DNA of 64,000 nt from the NCBI GenBank assembly GCA_951813545.1, contig OX638352.1, positions 2,432,835 through 2,496,834 on the forward strand, written 5' to 3'. The position numbers and the translations under genes are program-made. Source of the DNA: an uncultured Poribacteria bacterium (lineage in GTDB: Bacteria; Poribacteria; WGA-4E; WGA-3G). Numbering within the stretch: position 1 is the first letter of the stretch; every line of letters begins with the position of its first letter. This document shows, piece after piece, positions 8,406-17,632 of this stretch. A model generated the notes under the pieces. That model did not search any database and was not told where the DNA came from. It saw nothing but the letters and a program-made list of their open reading frames with translations.

Positions 8406-9485
8406 TTACGAAAGTAGGTTTCCGCAGTACGCACAAGCGTCTAATTTGATGTCACCATTAAACGTTTCACGCTCCGGAGTTAAGTAGGTCTCATAGTTCG
8501 TAACGCAATTTGCGTTTTCACACGTCCGTGTAGAGGGACCAATATCTCGTTTCGGTGGTTGTGTCAAGATGAGTTGTTCCAATCCCATGAGACTGGCGAT
8601 CAGTGCCATCCGAACAGGCACTGCGTTGGCAGATTGCTCGAAATAGGCGGCACGTGGGTCGTCGTCTAACTCGTATGCGAGTTCATTGACGCGCGGGAGT
8701 GGATGCATAATCATCGCGTCCGGCTTCGCGTTTTTCATGACCTCTGCATTCAGAAGATAACTACCGCGCACAGCGGCGGCATCCATATTTGGCGGAAGCC
8801 GTTCCTCTTGAAGTCGATTCACGTAGATAACATCCAACCTGTCAATCACTTCTGTAATACTTTCTACCTCAAGAGGTATCTGTCCATGGCACTGTTCCAG
8901 TTGCGCAAGCACCCAAGGTGGCATCTGTAGCGGATTCGGCGCGATGTGAACCAGTTGTCCACCGAATCTCGCAACTGCCAGAGCGAAGGAGTGGGCTGCC
9001 CGTCCAAACTGTAGGTCTCCGCAAATACCGACGGTTAATCCTTTTACTTTCGATTTCCGCCGTATAATGGTATAAAGATCCGCGAGTGCCTGTGTGGGAT
9101 GTGTGTGAGTGCCATCACCGCCGTTGATAACCGGGATATGTGCGTGCTGTGCAATGACACGTGCCGCACCTGCCCAGTTGTGCCGCACGACAATAATGTC
9201 GGCATAATTCGTCACCATTCGCGCAGTATCGGCGAGCGTTTCGCCTTTCGTAGTAGAAGTTGCGTTTGGATCAGCAAAGCCGAGGGTCCCACCGTTGAGC
9301 CGTTCCATCGCACTTTCAAACGAAAGCCGGGTCCGTGTACTCGGTTCATAGAAGAGCGTTGCGAGCAATTTGCTCCTGCTGATGCCCGCCCATGTCTCCA
9401 GTTGCGACTGCATGCCTCCTGCGAGTCGAAAAATCTGTTCAATCTCAAAATTCGACAAATCGTCGAGTGTTACCAGATGCCTCAT
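8406..9485 (-). CDS. pyrB: Aspartate carbamoyltransferase catalytic chain with a C-terminal PyrI-type zinc-binding domain fused
   Basis: STRTR and HPLP motifs identify the ATCase/OTCase fold. The extra 50-aa tail RTCENANCVTNYE...(23)...LDACAYCG has the C-x4-C-x23-C-x2-C spacing of the ATCase regulatory-chain zinc domain (E. coli CPNSNC...CKYC). Confidence 0.85.
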   Translation of the reverse strand: MRHLVTLDDLSNFEIEQIFRLAGGMQSQLETWAGISRSKLLATLFYEPSTRTRLSFESAMERLNGGTLGFADPNATSTTKGETLADTARMVTNYADIIVVRHNWAGAARVIAQHAHIPVINGGDGTHTHPTQALADLYTIIRRKSKVKGLTVGICGDLQFGRAAHSFALAVARFGGQLVHIAPNPLQMPPWVLAQLEQCHGQIPLEVESITEVIDRLDVIYVNRLQEERLPPNMDAAAVRGSYLLNAEVMKNAKPDAMIMHPLPRVNELAYELDDDPRAAYFEQSANAVPVRMALIASLMGLEQLILTQPPKRDIGPSTRTCENANCVTNYETYLTPERETFNGDIKLDACAYCGNLLS

Positions 9486-9676
9486 TTTCTTTTTTTAATT
9501 TTCCTTGCGGTTCGGTCAGATGAGTTTAGCATTTGATGTGCCTATTCGTATATTCGCCTTCCATTTCATTACAGGCTTGATTTCAGAAAATTGGTATCAT
9601 GGATTCCAACCGGTATAGGAGAGCAAAAACACCCCAATACCCTGCTACAAACCTCCCTTATCCTGTAAATCCTATT

Positions 9677-10624
9677 TTAGACAATTGTTGATGAATCGAC
9701 CTGCAAGCTACCAACCAATTCACTAATTGACTTCATGTTTGCTTCTTTGAGGTAGGCGTGAATGCCTTTTACCACTTCTATTGATGCGTGTGGATTGACG
9801 AAATTCGCTGTCCCGACTGCCACAGCGGATGCCCCGGCGATAAAAAATTCCACAGCGTCTGTTGCAGACATAATGCCTCCCATGCCAATAATCGGGATAG
9901 AGACGCTTTTGTAAACCTCCCAAACCAGTCGCAGTGCCACCGGTTTTATCGCTGGCCCAGAGAGTCCGCCTGTCACATTCGCGAGTTCCGGTTTCCGTGT
10001 TTCTGCGTTAATCGCCATACCGAGGAGCGTGTTGATGGCAGAAAGCCCGTTCGCGCCTGCATCCTCAACGGCACGCGCAATAATGCTAATATCTGTAACG
10101 TTCGGGGAGAGTTTCACCAAGAGCGGGAGATGTGTCTTTGCTCGGACCTCTTTAACGAGTTGATATGCCAACGTTGCATCAACGCCGAAACTCATACCAC
10201 CGCAATCTAAGTTCGGACAGGAGATGTTGAGTTCTACCGCAGCGACACCGTCTGCTGTGTTTAGTTTCTCAATCACTGTCAAATATTCTTCGACCGTTTT
10301 GCCACAGACATTGACAATTACCGGCACATCGAAATCACGGAGGTAGGGCAGCTTCTCCAAAATAAAACCATCAACGCCGACGTTTTGGAGTCCAATCGCG
10401 TTGAGCATACCGGAAGGGGTTTCCATGATGCGTTGCATCGGATTGCCGGGCCACGGCACACTCGTAACACCCTTAACGACAACCGCACCGAGTCGGTTCA
10501 GATCCACGAACTCGGTATATTCACTACCGTATCCGAAGGTGCCGGATGCCGTCATGACGGGGTTTCGCATCTGTATCCCGCCGATATTCACACTGAGTGA
10601 CTGGTCTGTTGTATCCATCGCCAA
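9677..10624 (-). CDS. pyrD: Dihydroorotate dehydrogenase, family 1 catalytic subunit
   Basis: MTASGTFGYG, NISCPN with an active-site Cys, and GGIMSATDAVEFFIAGASAVAVGTA. Confidence 0.85.
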   Translation of the reverse strand: MAMDTTDQSLSVNIGGIQMRNPVMTASGTFGYGSEYTEFVDLNRLGAVVVKGVTSVPWPGNPMQRIMETPSGMLNAIGLQNVGVDGFILEKLPYLRDFDVPVIVNVCGKTVEEYLTVIEKLNTADGVAAVELNISCPNLDCGGMSFGVDATLAYQLVKEVRAKTHLPLLVKLSPNVTDISIIARAVEDAGANGLSAINTLLGMAINAETRKPELANVTGGLSGPAIKPVALRLVWEVYKSVSIPIIGMGGIMSATDAVEFFIAGASAVAVGTANFVNPHASIEVVKGIHAYLKEANMKSISELVGSLQVDSSTIV

Positions 10625-10714
10625 TAATAATAACAGGTTTACATGGAAATTTCAAGACTACATTTCTACTTCGTTGCATAGAAAGAATTGACTTCGATTG
10701 TTCTTGATAGGGCG

Positions 10715-12655
10715 TTACCAACTGAGGTAGACGACGCGAAAATCGAAAATCAATCCCAGAATGCTAATTATCGATGCGACGATCACATCGCCGATAACCA
10801 AGCCGATGAAAAACGGGATTGAACGCCTATATAACCGAACACCCCCTGTTGAGAGCAGTATTCGTTTAATGATCCAGCTGATTAAAAGTGGAAACCACAG
10901 TCCGGTAAAGGTCCACCAACTTGAAACAACATATCCAACGGGATGCAGGGGCCACTGAATGAATCGCCATCGCAGGAGTAGGAGACTAACAGCGAAGGCA
11001 AACCCACCAGTGGTATAGAGCATACCGCTGATGCTCGTTTCGCTGGGATTATAGAGCCATCCTGCAAGTCTGTTGAAAGCGGCGCGGGCATACCATGAGC
11101 GCGCCTGCTCTAAACCAACCTGATAGGAGAGGTGCAAGTGTCCCCACGCCGCAGAAAGGGCACCTACAAAGATAGCAATCGCCAATACCCATAGCAGTTG
11201 CGTCGGATTGAAACGGGTTTGATGTGCGAGTTTAAATCCCTCCAGTTGATGCGGCATCGGGTGCGCGCGATACGAGAGATGGTTCAGCCAGAAAAAGAGC
11301 GACATCACCGAGAGATTTCGGTTGCCGATCCGCCGGGTGCCGAGCGCGTCTGTCAAGAGTAGATCTGGACCCGCATTGTAGAGGTCATGTGCAGGCGGTC
11401 CCAGTTCGGCGCGGATGCGGGTGATTGTCACTGACATCGCGAAATAGAGCGCGAAGAATAAGGCTGCAAACCAGAGCGACATCCCCGCTTTCAGACAAAA
11501 CCCCATAATCAAGATAAATCCGATGAGCACGCCGATACCGGCTGTTCTATAACGTAACGCTTCGCCTTCATCGTTAGTGGTAGGTGCGCGGTTACTAAAA
11601 ATCGTCTGCAGCACCACCTTAACGTGTGAACGTCCCATCCACAAGGTCCAGAGAAATAGGGCTATCCAAACACCTCGAATTTGCGCCATTTCTCTCGGAA
11701 ATCCGACAGCCCCTCGCCAACCGAACATCTCACCAATAATCCGTTCAAAGTGCCAAAACAGGTGAAAAAACCAGCAAGAGAATCCCAAATCGAGCGGAAT
11801 CAAGAAACCTACCCCAACGGCAAAAGGAAAGAAGCTGATGCGGAAACCGGGATTATTCATCGCACTCCACGGCTTTTCACCGAGCCGAAAACTGTGATAG
11901 AGCGGAATTGTCGGGAAAACAGGATCAATTTGATGTAAACTATAAAGAAGGTTCAGGACAGCAGCGATGCATAAGCCGACGGTCATCATCCGTCTATTGA
12001 AAAACAGATGAGACGCAGTTCGCAGGTTGCCAGTATTTGTCGCCGCTCGTGTGATTTCGTATGGGAGTTGTGCGATCGGGTAGGTGAGCCGTTCATGTTC
12101 CTGCCACTGCTTGCGTATAAGCACGTTGATACAGAGCATCGTCACCCCAATGACGAGGCAGAAACCTACCCAGATTAACGTTGGCAATAGCCACGCTTGT
12201 ATGTGTGTCTGAAGGTAGAATGTGGATTCACCTCTGTAGAAACCTTGCAATACCTCCTGTTTTCCGACGACGATCCATTCAGGAAGATGTTGATGAAAGA
12301 GTTGCGCCCATTCGTTTTCAGTCGTTGCGTACCAAAAACCGTTGCCCATCAATGGCACTAAGACTTGTAGCATGTCGCGTCCGGCGAAAACGGAGGCTTG
12401 GCACAGCATCGCATAGATCGTTAGCAATTCGCTCTGTGTAAATGCCAACGTTGGGCGCAGACGGCGTAGTATTACACTCAGTCCGATAAGAAAAAGCAGC
12501 GTAAATAAGACATTGAACAACAACGCCAAACTCGTGGGGCGGTTGGAGTCCCATATATAACTGAGATGTAGAACCCAGTAGCTATTAAACGGGATGAGAA
12601 TAATACCAATCAGCGTTGCACGTAGCGTAATAGGACTTTTTGAAGGGTGTTTCAT
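10715..12655 (-). CDS. Large polytopic membrane protein of unknown function
   Basis: 646-aa uninterrupted ORF with many hydrophobic segments. No catalytic motif recognised. Confidence 0.6.
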   Translation of the reverse strand: MKHPSKSPITLRATLIGIILIPFNSYWVLHLSYIWDSNRPTSLALLFNVLFTLLFLIGLSVILRRLRPTLAFTQSELLTIYAMLCQASVFAGRDMLQVLVPLMGNGFWYATTENEWAQLFHQHLPEWIVVGKQEVLQGFYRGESTFYLQTHIQAWLLPTLIWVGFCLVIGVTMLCINVLIRKQWQEHERLTYPIAQLPYEITRAATNTGNLRTASHLFFNRRMMTVGLCIAAVLNLLYSLHQIDPVFPTIPLYHSFRLGEKPWSAMNNPGFRISFFPFAVGVGFLIPLDLGFSCWFFHLFWHFERIIGEMFGWRGAVGFPREMAQIRGVWIALFLWTLWMGRSHVKVVLQTIFSNRAPTTNDEGEALRYRTAGIGVLIGFILIMGFCLKAGMSLWFAALFFALYFAMSVTITRIRAELGPPAHDLYNAGPDLLLTDALGTRRIGNRNLSVMSLFFWLNHLSYRAHPMPHQLEGFKLAHQTRFNPTQLLWVLAIAIFVGALSAAWGHLHLSYQVGLEQARSWYARAAFNRLAGWLYNPSETSISGMLYTTGGFAFAVSLLLLRWRFIQWPLHPVGYVVSSWWTFTGLWFPLLISWIIKRILLSTGGVRLYRRSIPFFIGLVIGDVIVASIISILGLIFDFRVVYLSW

Positions 12656-12710
12656 ATTTTTTAATTGTGTGTATTGCTACGGTTTGGCTGAGGGGAGGAG
12701 ATAACAAGAA

Positions 12711-12932
12711 ATGGTGATGATGGTGGTATTTGGTCTTGTTGTTATAGTTATGATCTGTGGTGGTGTATTACTTGCACGTCTGGCAACCGTTGCCAAATCC
12801 AAGGGTTCGTGGATATGGGGATGTTTCATCCTTATTGTACTTATCTGTGTTCCACTTTTTTTGTTAGGTCTCGGCGTGTGGCTTCTCCACTTTAGTGGAA
12901 TATCGTCGCAACAATTTAGCCCATTTGGTTAA
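12711..12932 (+). CDS. Small hydrophobic membrane protein, hypothetical
   Basis: GGAGGAG RBS 9 nt upstream of the ATG. 73 aa with two predicted TM helices. No homology recognised. Confidence 0.35.
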   Translation: MVMMVVFGLVVIVMICGGVLLARLATVAKSKGSWIWGCFILIVLICVPLFLLGLGVWLLHFSGISSQQFSPFG

Positions 12933-12947
12933 TAGCGTGTTAAAAAA

Positions 12948-13640
12948 TCAGAGGTCTTCCTCGGCGGATGTTTCTTCTTCGACAACTGGAGTTTTGCCTG
13001 AGAGGTAGAGAAACCATGCAGTCAGCCCAATTGCGATGAAAATCCACAGAACTCCCCAAATCTCAGTCGCAATGCCTGTTACCTCTGAAAGCATCCGTGC
13101 ATCTGAACGGAGGTTGGCTCTGTCTAAAACATCACTCTTGATGTCAAGAATCGCGTAGAGACAGCTTGTCACGCCGATGATACGTAGGATCCAGTCGTTG
13201 ACAGCCTCTGGGAGATAGAAGCCGATGGCGACCAGCGCAACACCAAAGCCGATACCGAACAAATAGGTGAATGTACTCTCGCCGAAGCCGATGGAGATTG
13301 CCACCATACCGAAGCCGATAAGGATGCTAATTGCTTTATCGAAGCGTGTTCTCGCTGCCAGAAGCAGGATAATCCCGCCCCACAACAAACTACCGAGATA
13401 ACCCGCTGTTAATGTCCAGAACCGAGAGCCACCTTGTGTGAGTGCGTGACCGCCCTGCTGCGGGTTAATCTGAATTTCGACGATACGACCTCCGGTTGCG
13501 ATTGCCGCAAGACCGTGGCTCACCTCATGCATGAACACAACGAAGATTTTAAGCGGGTATACAAACAGTGTGTTCCATAAAAAACCAATGGCTATAAAGA
13601 TCAGGAGCAGCGCGATATAACGTTTAAAATATGCTAACAT
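12948..13640 (-). CDS. M50B-family (site-2 protease-like) membrane metallopeptidase
   Basis: HEVSHGLAA HExxH motif embedded in a TM helix. Multi-pass hydrophobic profile. Confidence 0.65.
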   Translation of the reverse strand: MLAYFKRYIALLLIFIAIGFLWNTLFVYPLKIFVVFMHEVSHGLAAIATGGRIVEIQINPQQGGHALTQGGSRFWTLTAGYLGSLLWGGIILLLAARTRFDKAISILIGFGMVAISIGFGESTFTYLFGIGFGVALVAIGFYLPEAVNDWILRIIGVTSCLYAILDIKSDVLDRANLRSDARMLSEVTGIATEIWGVLWIFIAIGLTAWFLYLSGKTPVVEEETSAEEDL

Positions 13641-13867
13641 CAGTCCCCTTAAATTGCTTGCCTTTTACGACACAATCTGCTATAGTATATCATAAAATAT
13701 TCAAAATATACAATTCTAAAAGTAAAGGGGCGTGCCTTTGCGGTGATAGGTAGGCGATGGGGCGTTTGCCTAAATTATTTGGTATCAATATCAGGAAGTG
13801 GTCAATGTGCAGAAGTGTCTTTGAAACTATGCCTACTTTCAAACCCAGTCGCATACGCAGCGAAAAC

Positions 13868-13893
13868 CATTTTTTCACAACGTGAAAAAATGA
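13868..13893. promoter_or_regulatory. Perfect 11-bp inverted repeat CATTTTTTCAC-AA-CGTGAAAAAATG about 22 bp upstream of aroC; candidate operator
   Basis: Palindrome seen directly in the divergent intergenic region between the M50 gene and aroC. Confidence 0.3.
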
Positions 13894-13914
13894 GCAGGGC
13901 CCATAAATAAGAAA

Positions 13915-15000
13915 ATGAATACATTTGGTCACCTTTTTCGGATTACAACTTGGGGCGAGTCACACGGCGGGGCTGTCGGTGTTGTCGTTGACGGATGTCC
14001 ACCGCAAATTGACTTGGACGAATCCGCGATACAATTTGAACTTGATCGACGGAGACCGGGCCAAAGCCATCTCACGACACCGCGTCAGGAGGTTGATGCT
14101 GTTGAAATACTTTCCGGTGTCTTTGAAGGCAAAACACTCGGAACGCCTATCTCCATGCTGGTATGGAATAAGGACGCACGTCCCGCAGCCTACGACCATC
14201 TGAAAGACCTATATCGTCCCTCACACGCTGATTTCACGTATCAACAGAAGTACGGCATCCGAAACTGGCAAGGTGGCGGCAGAGCAAGTGCACGGGAAAC
14301 GATCGGACGCGTCGCTGCAGGGGCAATTGCGAAGCAGATATTACGTGAGATGTCGGGAACTGAAACGCTCGCTTATGTCAAGCAGATTCATACATTGGAA
14401 GCCGAAGTGGACGCAGACACGGTGACACTTGAAGAGATAGAGGCGAGTCCTGTGCGGTGTCCCGACCCGATTGTTGCTCCGAAGATGGCGGAGCGCATCG
14501 ATCAGGCGCGACGTGATCTTGACTCTCTCGGTGGTATAATTGAATCGGTTGCTCGTAATGTTCCTGTCGGACTTGGTGAACCGGTATTCGACAAACTCAA
14601 GGCGGATTTGGCGAAAGCGATGATGTCTCTCCCCGCAACGATGGGTTTCCAAATCGGTTCCGGTTTTGGGGGTATTACGATGACCGGTTCTGAACATAAC
14701 GATCCGTTTTATCTGGAGAAGGACGATGGGACGGAGCGGGTTCGGACGCGTACAAATAATTCCGGCGGGACACAGGGCGGCATTTCAAACGGCGAAAATA
14801 TTCTGTTCCAAGTCGCTTTCAAGCCAACAGCGACGATTGGAAAGCCGCAACAAACCGTCGATGTGGACGGAAACGAGGTGACGTTAGAGGCGAGCGGACG
14901 ACATGATCCTTGTGTGTTGGTGCGCGCACCCGCGATTGTTGAAGCAATGGCAGCACTTGTTCTCACGGATCATCTGCTCCGCCAACGTGCGAAATCTTAA
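13915..15000 (+). CDS. aroC: Chorismate synthase
   Basis: [30 protein letters not shown]... is full-length AroC-like. Confidence 0.9.
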   Translation: MNTFGHLFRITTWGESHGGAVGVVVDGCPPQIDLDESAIQFELDRRRPGQSHLTTPRQEVDAVEILSGVFEGKTLGTPISMLVWNKDARPAAYDHLKDLYRPSHADFTYQQKYGIRNWQGGGRASARETIGRVAAGAIAKQILREMSGTETLAYVKQIHTLEAEVDADTVTLEEIEASPVRCPDPIVAPKMAERIDQARRDLDSLGGIIESVARNVPVGLGEPVFDKLKADLAKAMMSLPATMGFQIGSGFGGITMTGSEHNDPFYLEKDDGTERVRTRTNNSGGTQGGISNGENILFQVAFKPTATIGKPQQTVDVDGNEVTLEASGRHDPCVLVRAPAIVEAMAALVLTDHLLRQRAKS

Positions 15001-15302
15001 TGCAAGACCAAACGATCGTTCCAACACACGATGTCGATGAACTGTTTATTTCTACAGTCGTTCGGCTGATTCAACGGCGCGCGTTCCCGAACCTCCGAAA
15101 TATTATCGCGAAAACACAATGGGGATGGGCGGCAACATCGGCACACTGATTCCGATGTTTTTTAGACGTATCCGCGTTGATCCGGCTGTTGCAACGGGTC
15201 CGTTTGTTACAACTGCTATTGATGTCCTTCGGTATTTTCATCTATTTTTTGTTGGCAAAAATACTGCTTTTTGAGTAAATTGATCGGAGGGTTGCTGGAA
15301 CA

Positions 15303-15773
15303 ATGATAACAGTCTCGAAAATCGAAAAAATTTCGCCTGACAGTACATTGGAAGTTTGTGCTCGACAGGTAATTGTGAGTTATTTTCGAGAAATGATGTC
15401 CTGCGAGGAGGGTGCCAAGGACGGGACGGATATTAGGTTTGTCCATGATATGCGCGTCGCTTCGCGTCGTTTAAGTGCTGCTATGGACAACTTCGCCGAC
15501 TGCTTTCCAGAGAAACCCTTCAAAAAATACTACAAAAAGGTAAAAGCGATAACTCGAACCATGGGAGCTGTCCGTGATCTGGATGTCCTTATCGCTCGTT
15601 TTCAGAAGGAAATGGTTACGCTGACTGGAGCAGAACAGGCGGACATCCAAGGATTTATCGAACACCTACAGCAAGAACGGGAAGATGCTCGAAAACCGAT
15701 GCTGACGCTCTTTGGGAAACTGGAAGCAGCCGATTTTGAGACCAAATTTTTAGAATTCTTTGTCAGCTTTTAA
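15303..15773 (+). CDS. CHAD-domain protein, half-size
   Basis: The RFVHDMRVASRRLSAAMDNF motif is characteristic of the CHAD domain. 156 aa, ending ...FLEFFVSF. Confidence 0.65.
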   Translation: MITVSKIEKISPDSTLEVCARQVIVSYFREMMSCEEGAKDGTDIRFVHDMRVASRRLSAAMDNFADCFPEKPFKKYYKKVKAITRTMGAVRDLDVLIARFQKEMVTLTGAEQADIQGFIEHLQQEREDARKPMLTLFGKLEAADFETKFLEFFVSF

Positions 15774-15896
15774 TTTATAGACATCTGAACCGCTGCATCC
15801 GTTGTCCTTGCGGGTTTCTGTAGGATTGAGTGAAAAATCGCGAGCGAAACTCGCTCCTATTAGTTCCTATCAACTAAAGCGTGTAGTTCGTAATGT

Positions 15897-16038
15897 AATG
15901 GAGAACGGGTATACGGAGAGAAACTTGAAGGTTTCCAACCCAAGGAAAATTAAAAAATGTAATGGAGAACGGATATACGGAGAGAAACTTGAAGGTTTCC
16001 AACCCACCACACCGAACCGCAAGGAAAATTAAAAAATG
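15897..16038. repeat. Tandem duplication of about 62 bp of the 5' leader, RBS and ATG of the second CHAD gene. The second copy carries a 15-bp insert.
   Basis: TAATGGAGAACGGRTATACGGAGAGAAACTTGAAGGTTTCCAACCCA...AGGAAAATTAAAAAATG occurs twice in tandem at 15897-15960 and 15959-16038. Copy 1 ends ATG-TAA. Copy 2 ends at the ATG of 16036..16545. Confidence 0.7.
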
Positions 16039-16545
16039 GCAAAAGCGCACAAAATCATTGGCGTTGTGCCGAAGCAAAGTTATCATGAGAATGCACGCAT
16101 CATTCTCCCGCAAAAGGTTGAGGAGGTTTACACGTGGGAGCCGTTCATCTGGGATGAAACTCGGCACAAAGAGCTCCACAACATGCGAATTTCGATTAGA
16201 CGCCTCCGATATACGATGGACGTTTTTCGTGCCGCTTATGGGTTTCCGAAAACGTCTTCTAAAGAGGTTTCAGTAAATTACAGTGGGCGTTTCGCTGAAT
16301 TCTTCGCGGTGATACTTGATTTGCAAGAGATACTCGGTGATATTCACGACTCTGATGTCGTCTTGGAAGCCTTAACCGATTATGCAGATCAAGCGGGACG
16401 TGGGACTTTAGCGCAAGGTGTTGCTGCACTCATTGACCGGACGAAGGAGATTCGTAAAGTAGATTACAAAACATTTTTAGAAAAATGGGAGCGGCTATCT
16501 GCAGCAGGCTTCAAACAAGAGTTGCTATCATTTTTGGTATCATAG
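16036..16545 (+). CDS. CHAD-domain protein, half-size paralog
   Basis: HNMRISIRRLRYTMDVF and LGDIHDSDV motifs. 169 aa, ending ...LLSFLVS like the upstream paralog. Confidence 0.65.
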   Translation: MAKAHKIIGVVPKQSYHENARIILPQKVEEVYTWEPFIWDETRHKELHNMRISIRRLRYTMDVFRAAYGFPKTSSKEVSVNYSGRFAEFFAVILDLQEILGDIHDSDVVLEALTDYADQAGRGTLAQGVAALIDRTKEIRKVDYKTFLEKWERLSAAGFKQELLSFLVS

Positions 16546-16597
16546 TTACTAATTGGAAAAGTACGCTCGTGGTGGCGTGCGTAGGGGGATTATTATA

Positions 16598-17572
16598 ATG
16601 AGCACGAATGTTGTCGGCGTAGATATGGGTGGCACTAAGATTCTATCGGCTGTCATTGACTCGGAAGGCAATATCTTAAGTACAGCCAAAGTACCAACCA
16701 AAGCAGATAAAGGTCCATCCATTGTAATTGATCGGATCGCGGACAGTATCCAGAACGCTATTGACAAGTCAGGTGTTGAAGCTGCATCAATTCAGGCTGT
16801 TGGAATTGGAGCACCAGGACCACTTGACCCAGCTACAGGGATTGTTATTTTCGCACCCAACCTCCGTTGGAAGGATGTTCGGCTGAAGAAAGAGTTAGAG
16901 GCGCGCGTCGGCTTTCCGACATTCGTTGACAATGATGTGAATGTTGGGACGCTTGGTGAACACGTGTTCGGTGCTGGGAAAGGTGTTCAGAACGTTGTCG
17001 GAATTTTTGTGGGGACCGGCATTGGTGGCGGAATTATTCTACAAGGTGAGCTTTTCCACGGCGCGAGTAAGACAGCAGGTGAAATCGGGCATATTATTGT
17101 CAAAGCGGGTGGACCCAGATGCGGATGTGGAACTCGTGGCTGTTTAGAGGCAATCGCGAGCCGCACGGCAATGACAAAACAGTTTCAGAAAGCGATTCTG
17201 AAAAGAGGGAAAAAGAGCGTGCTCTCTGAACTCACCGGTGGTGACTTGCGGGCGATCCGGAGTGGGGTGTTGGCGAAAGCGATTCGTGCAGATGATAAGT
17301 TAACGCTAAAAGTTATCAAAAGGACAACAAAATACCTCGGTATTGGCATCGGTTCTATTGTAAATTTCTTGAATCCAGAGATGATTGTGCTTGGCGGTGG
17401 AGTCGTTGAAGCACTGGACGATACATTCTTAGACAGTATCCGCAAGGCTTCGGAGAAGTACGCACTCCCTAATACCTTGAGTGGGGTTCAGATTGTAAGG
17501 GCAAAGTTAGGGGATAACGCTGGTATTCTTGGTGCAGCTGCACTCGCACGGCAGCGACTTGAGGCAGTGTAG
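16598..17572 (+). CDS. ROK-family sugar kinase (glucokinase-like)
   Basis: GGGGAT RBS then ATG at 16598. VGVDMGGTKIL, GIGAPGPLD, and the zinc motif CGCGTRGCLE. Confidence 0.8.
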   Translation: MSTNVVGVDMGGTKILSAVIDSEGNILSTAKVPTKADKGPSIVIDRIADSIQNAIDKSGVEAASIQAVGIGAPGPLDPATGIVIFAPNLRWKDVRLKKELEARVGFPTFVDNDVNVGTLGEHVFGAGKGVQNVVGIFVGTGIGGGIILQGELFHGASKTAGEIGHIIVKAGGPRCGCGTRGCLEAIASRTAMTKQFQKAILKRGKKSVLSELTGGDLRAIRSGVLAKAIRADDKLTLKVIKRTTKYLGIGIGSIVNFLNPEMIVLGGGVVEALDDTFLDSIRKASEKYALPNTLSGVQIVRAKLGDNAGILGAAALARQRLEAV

Positions 17573-17632
17573 TCGGTGTAGCGAAACCGAGATGAGAGGG
17601 TATCGTTTTATAAGTCTACGGAGGGTGGACCT

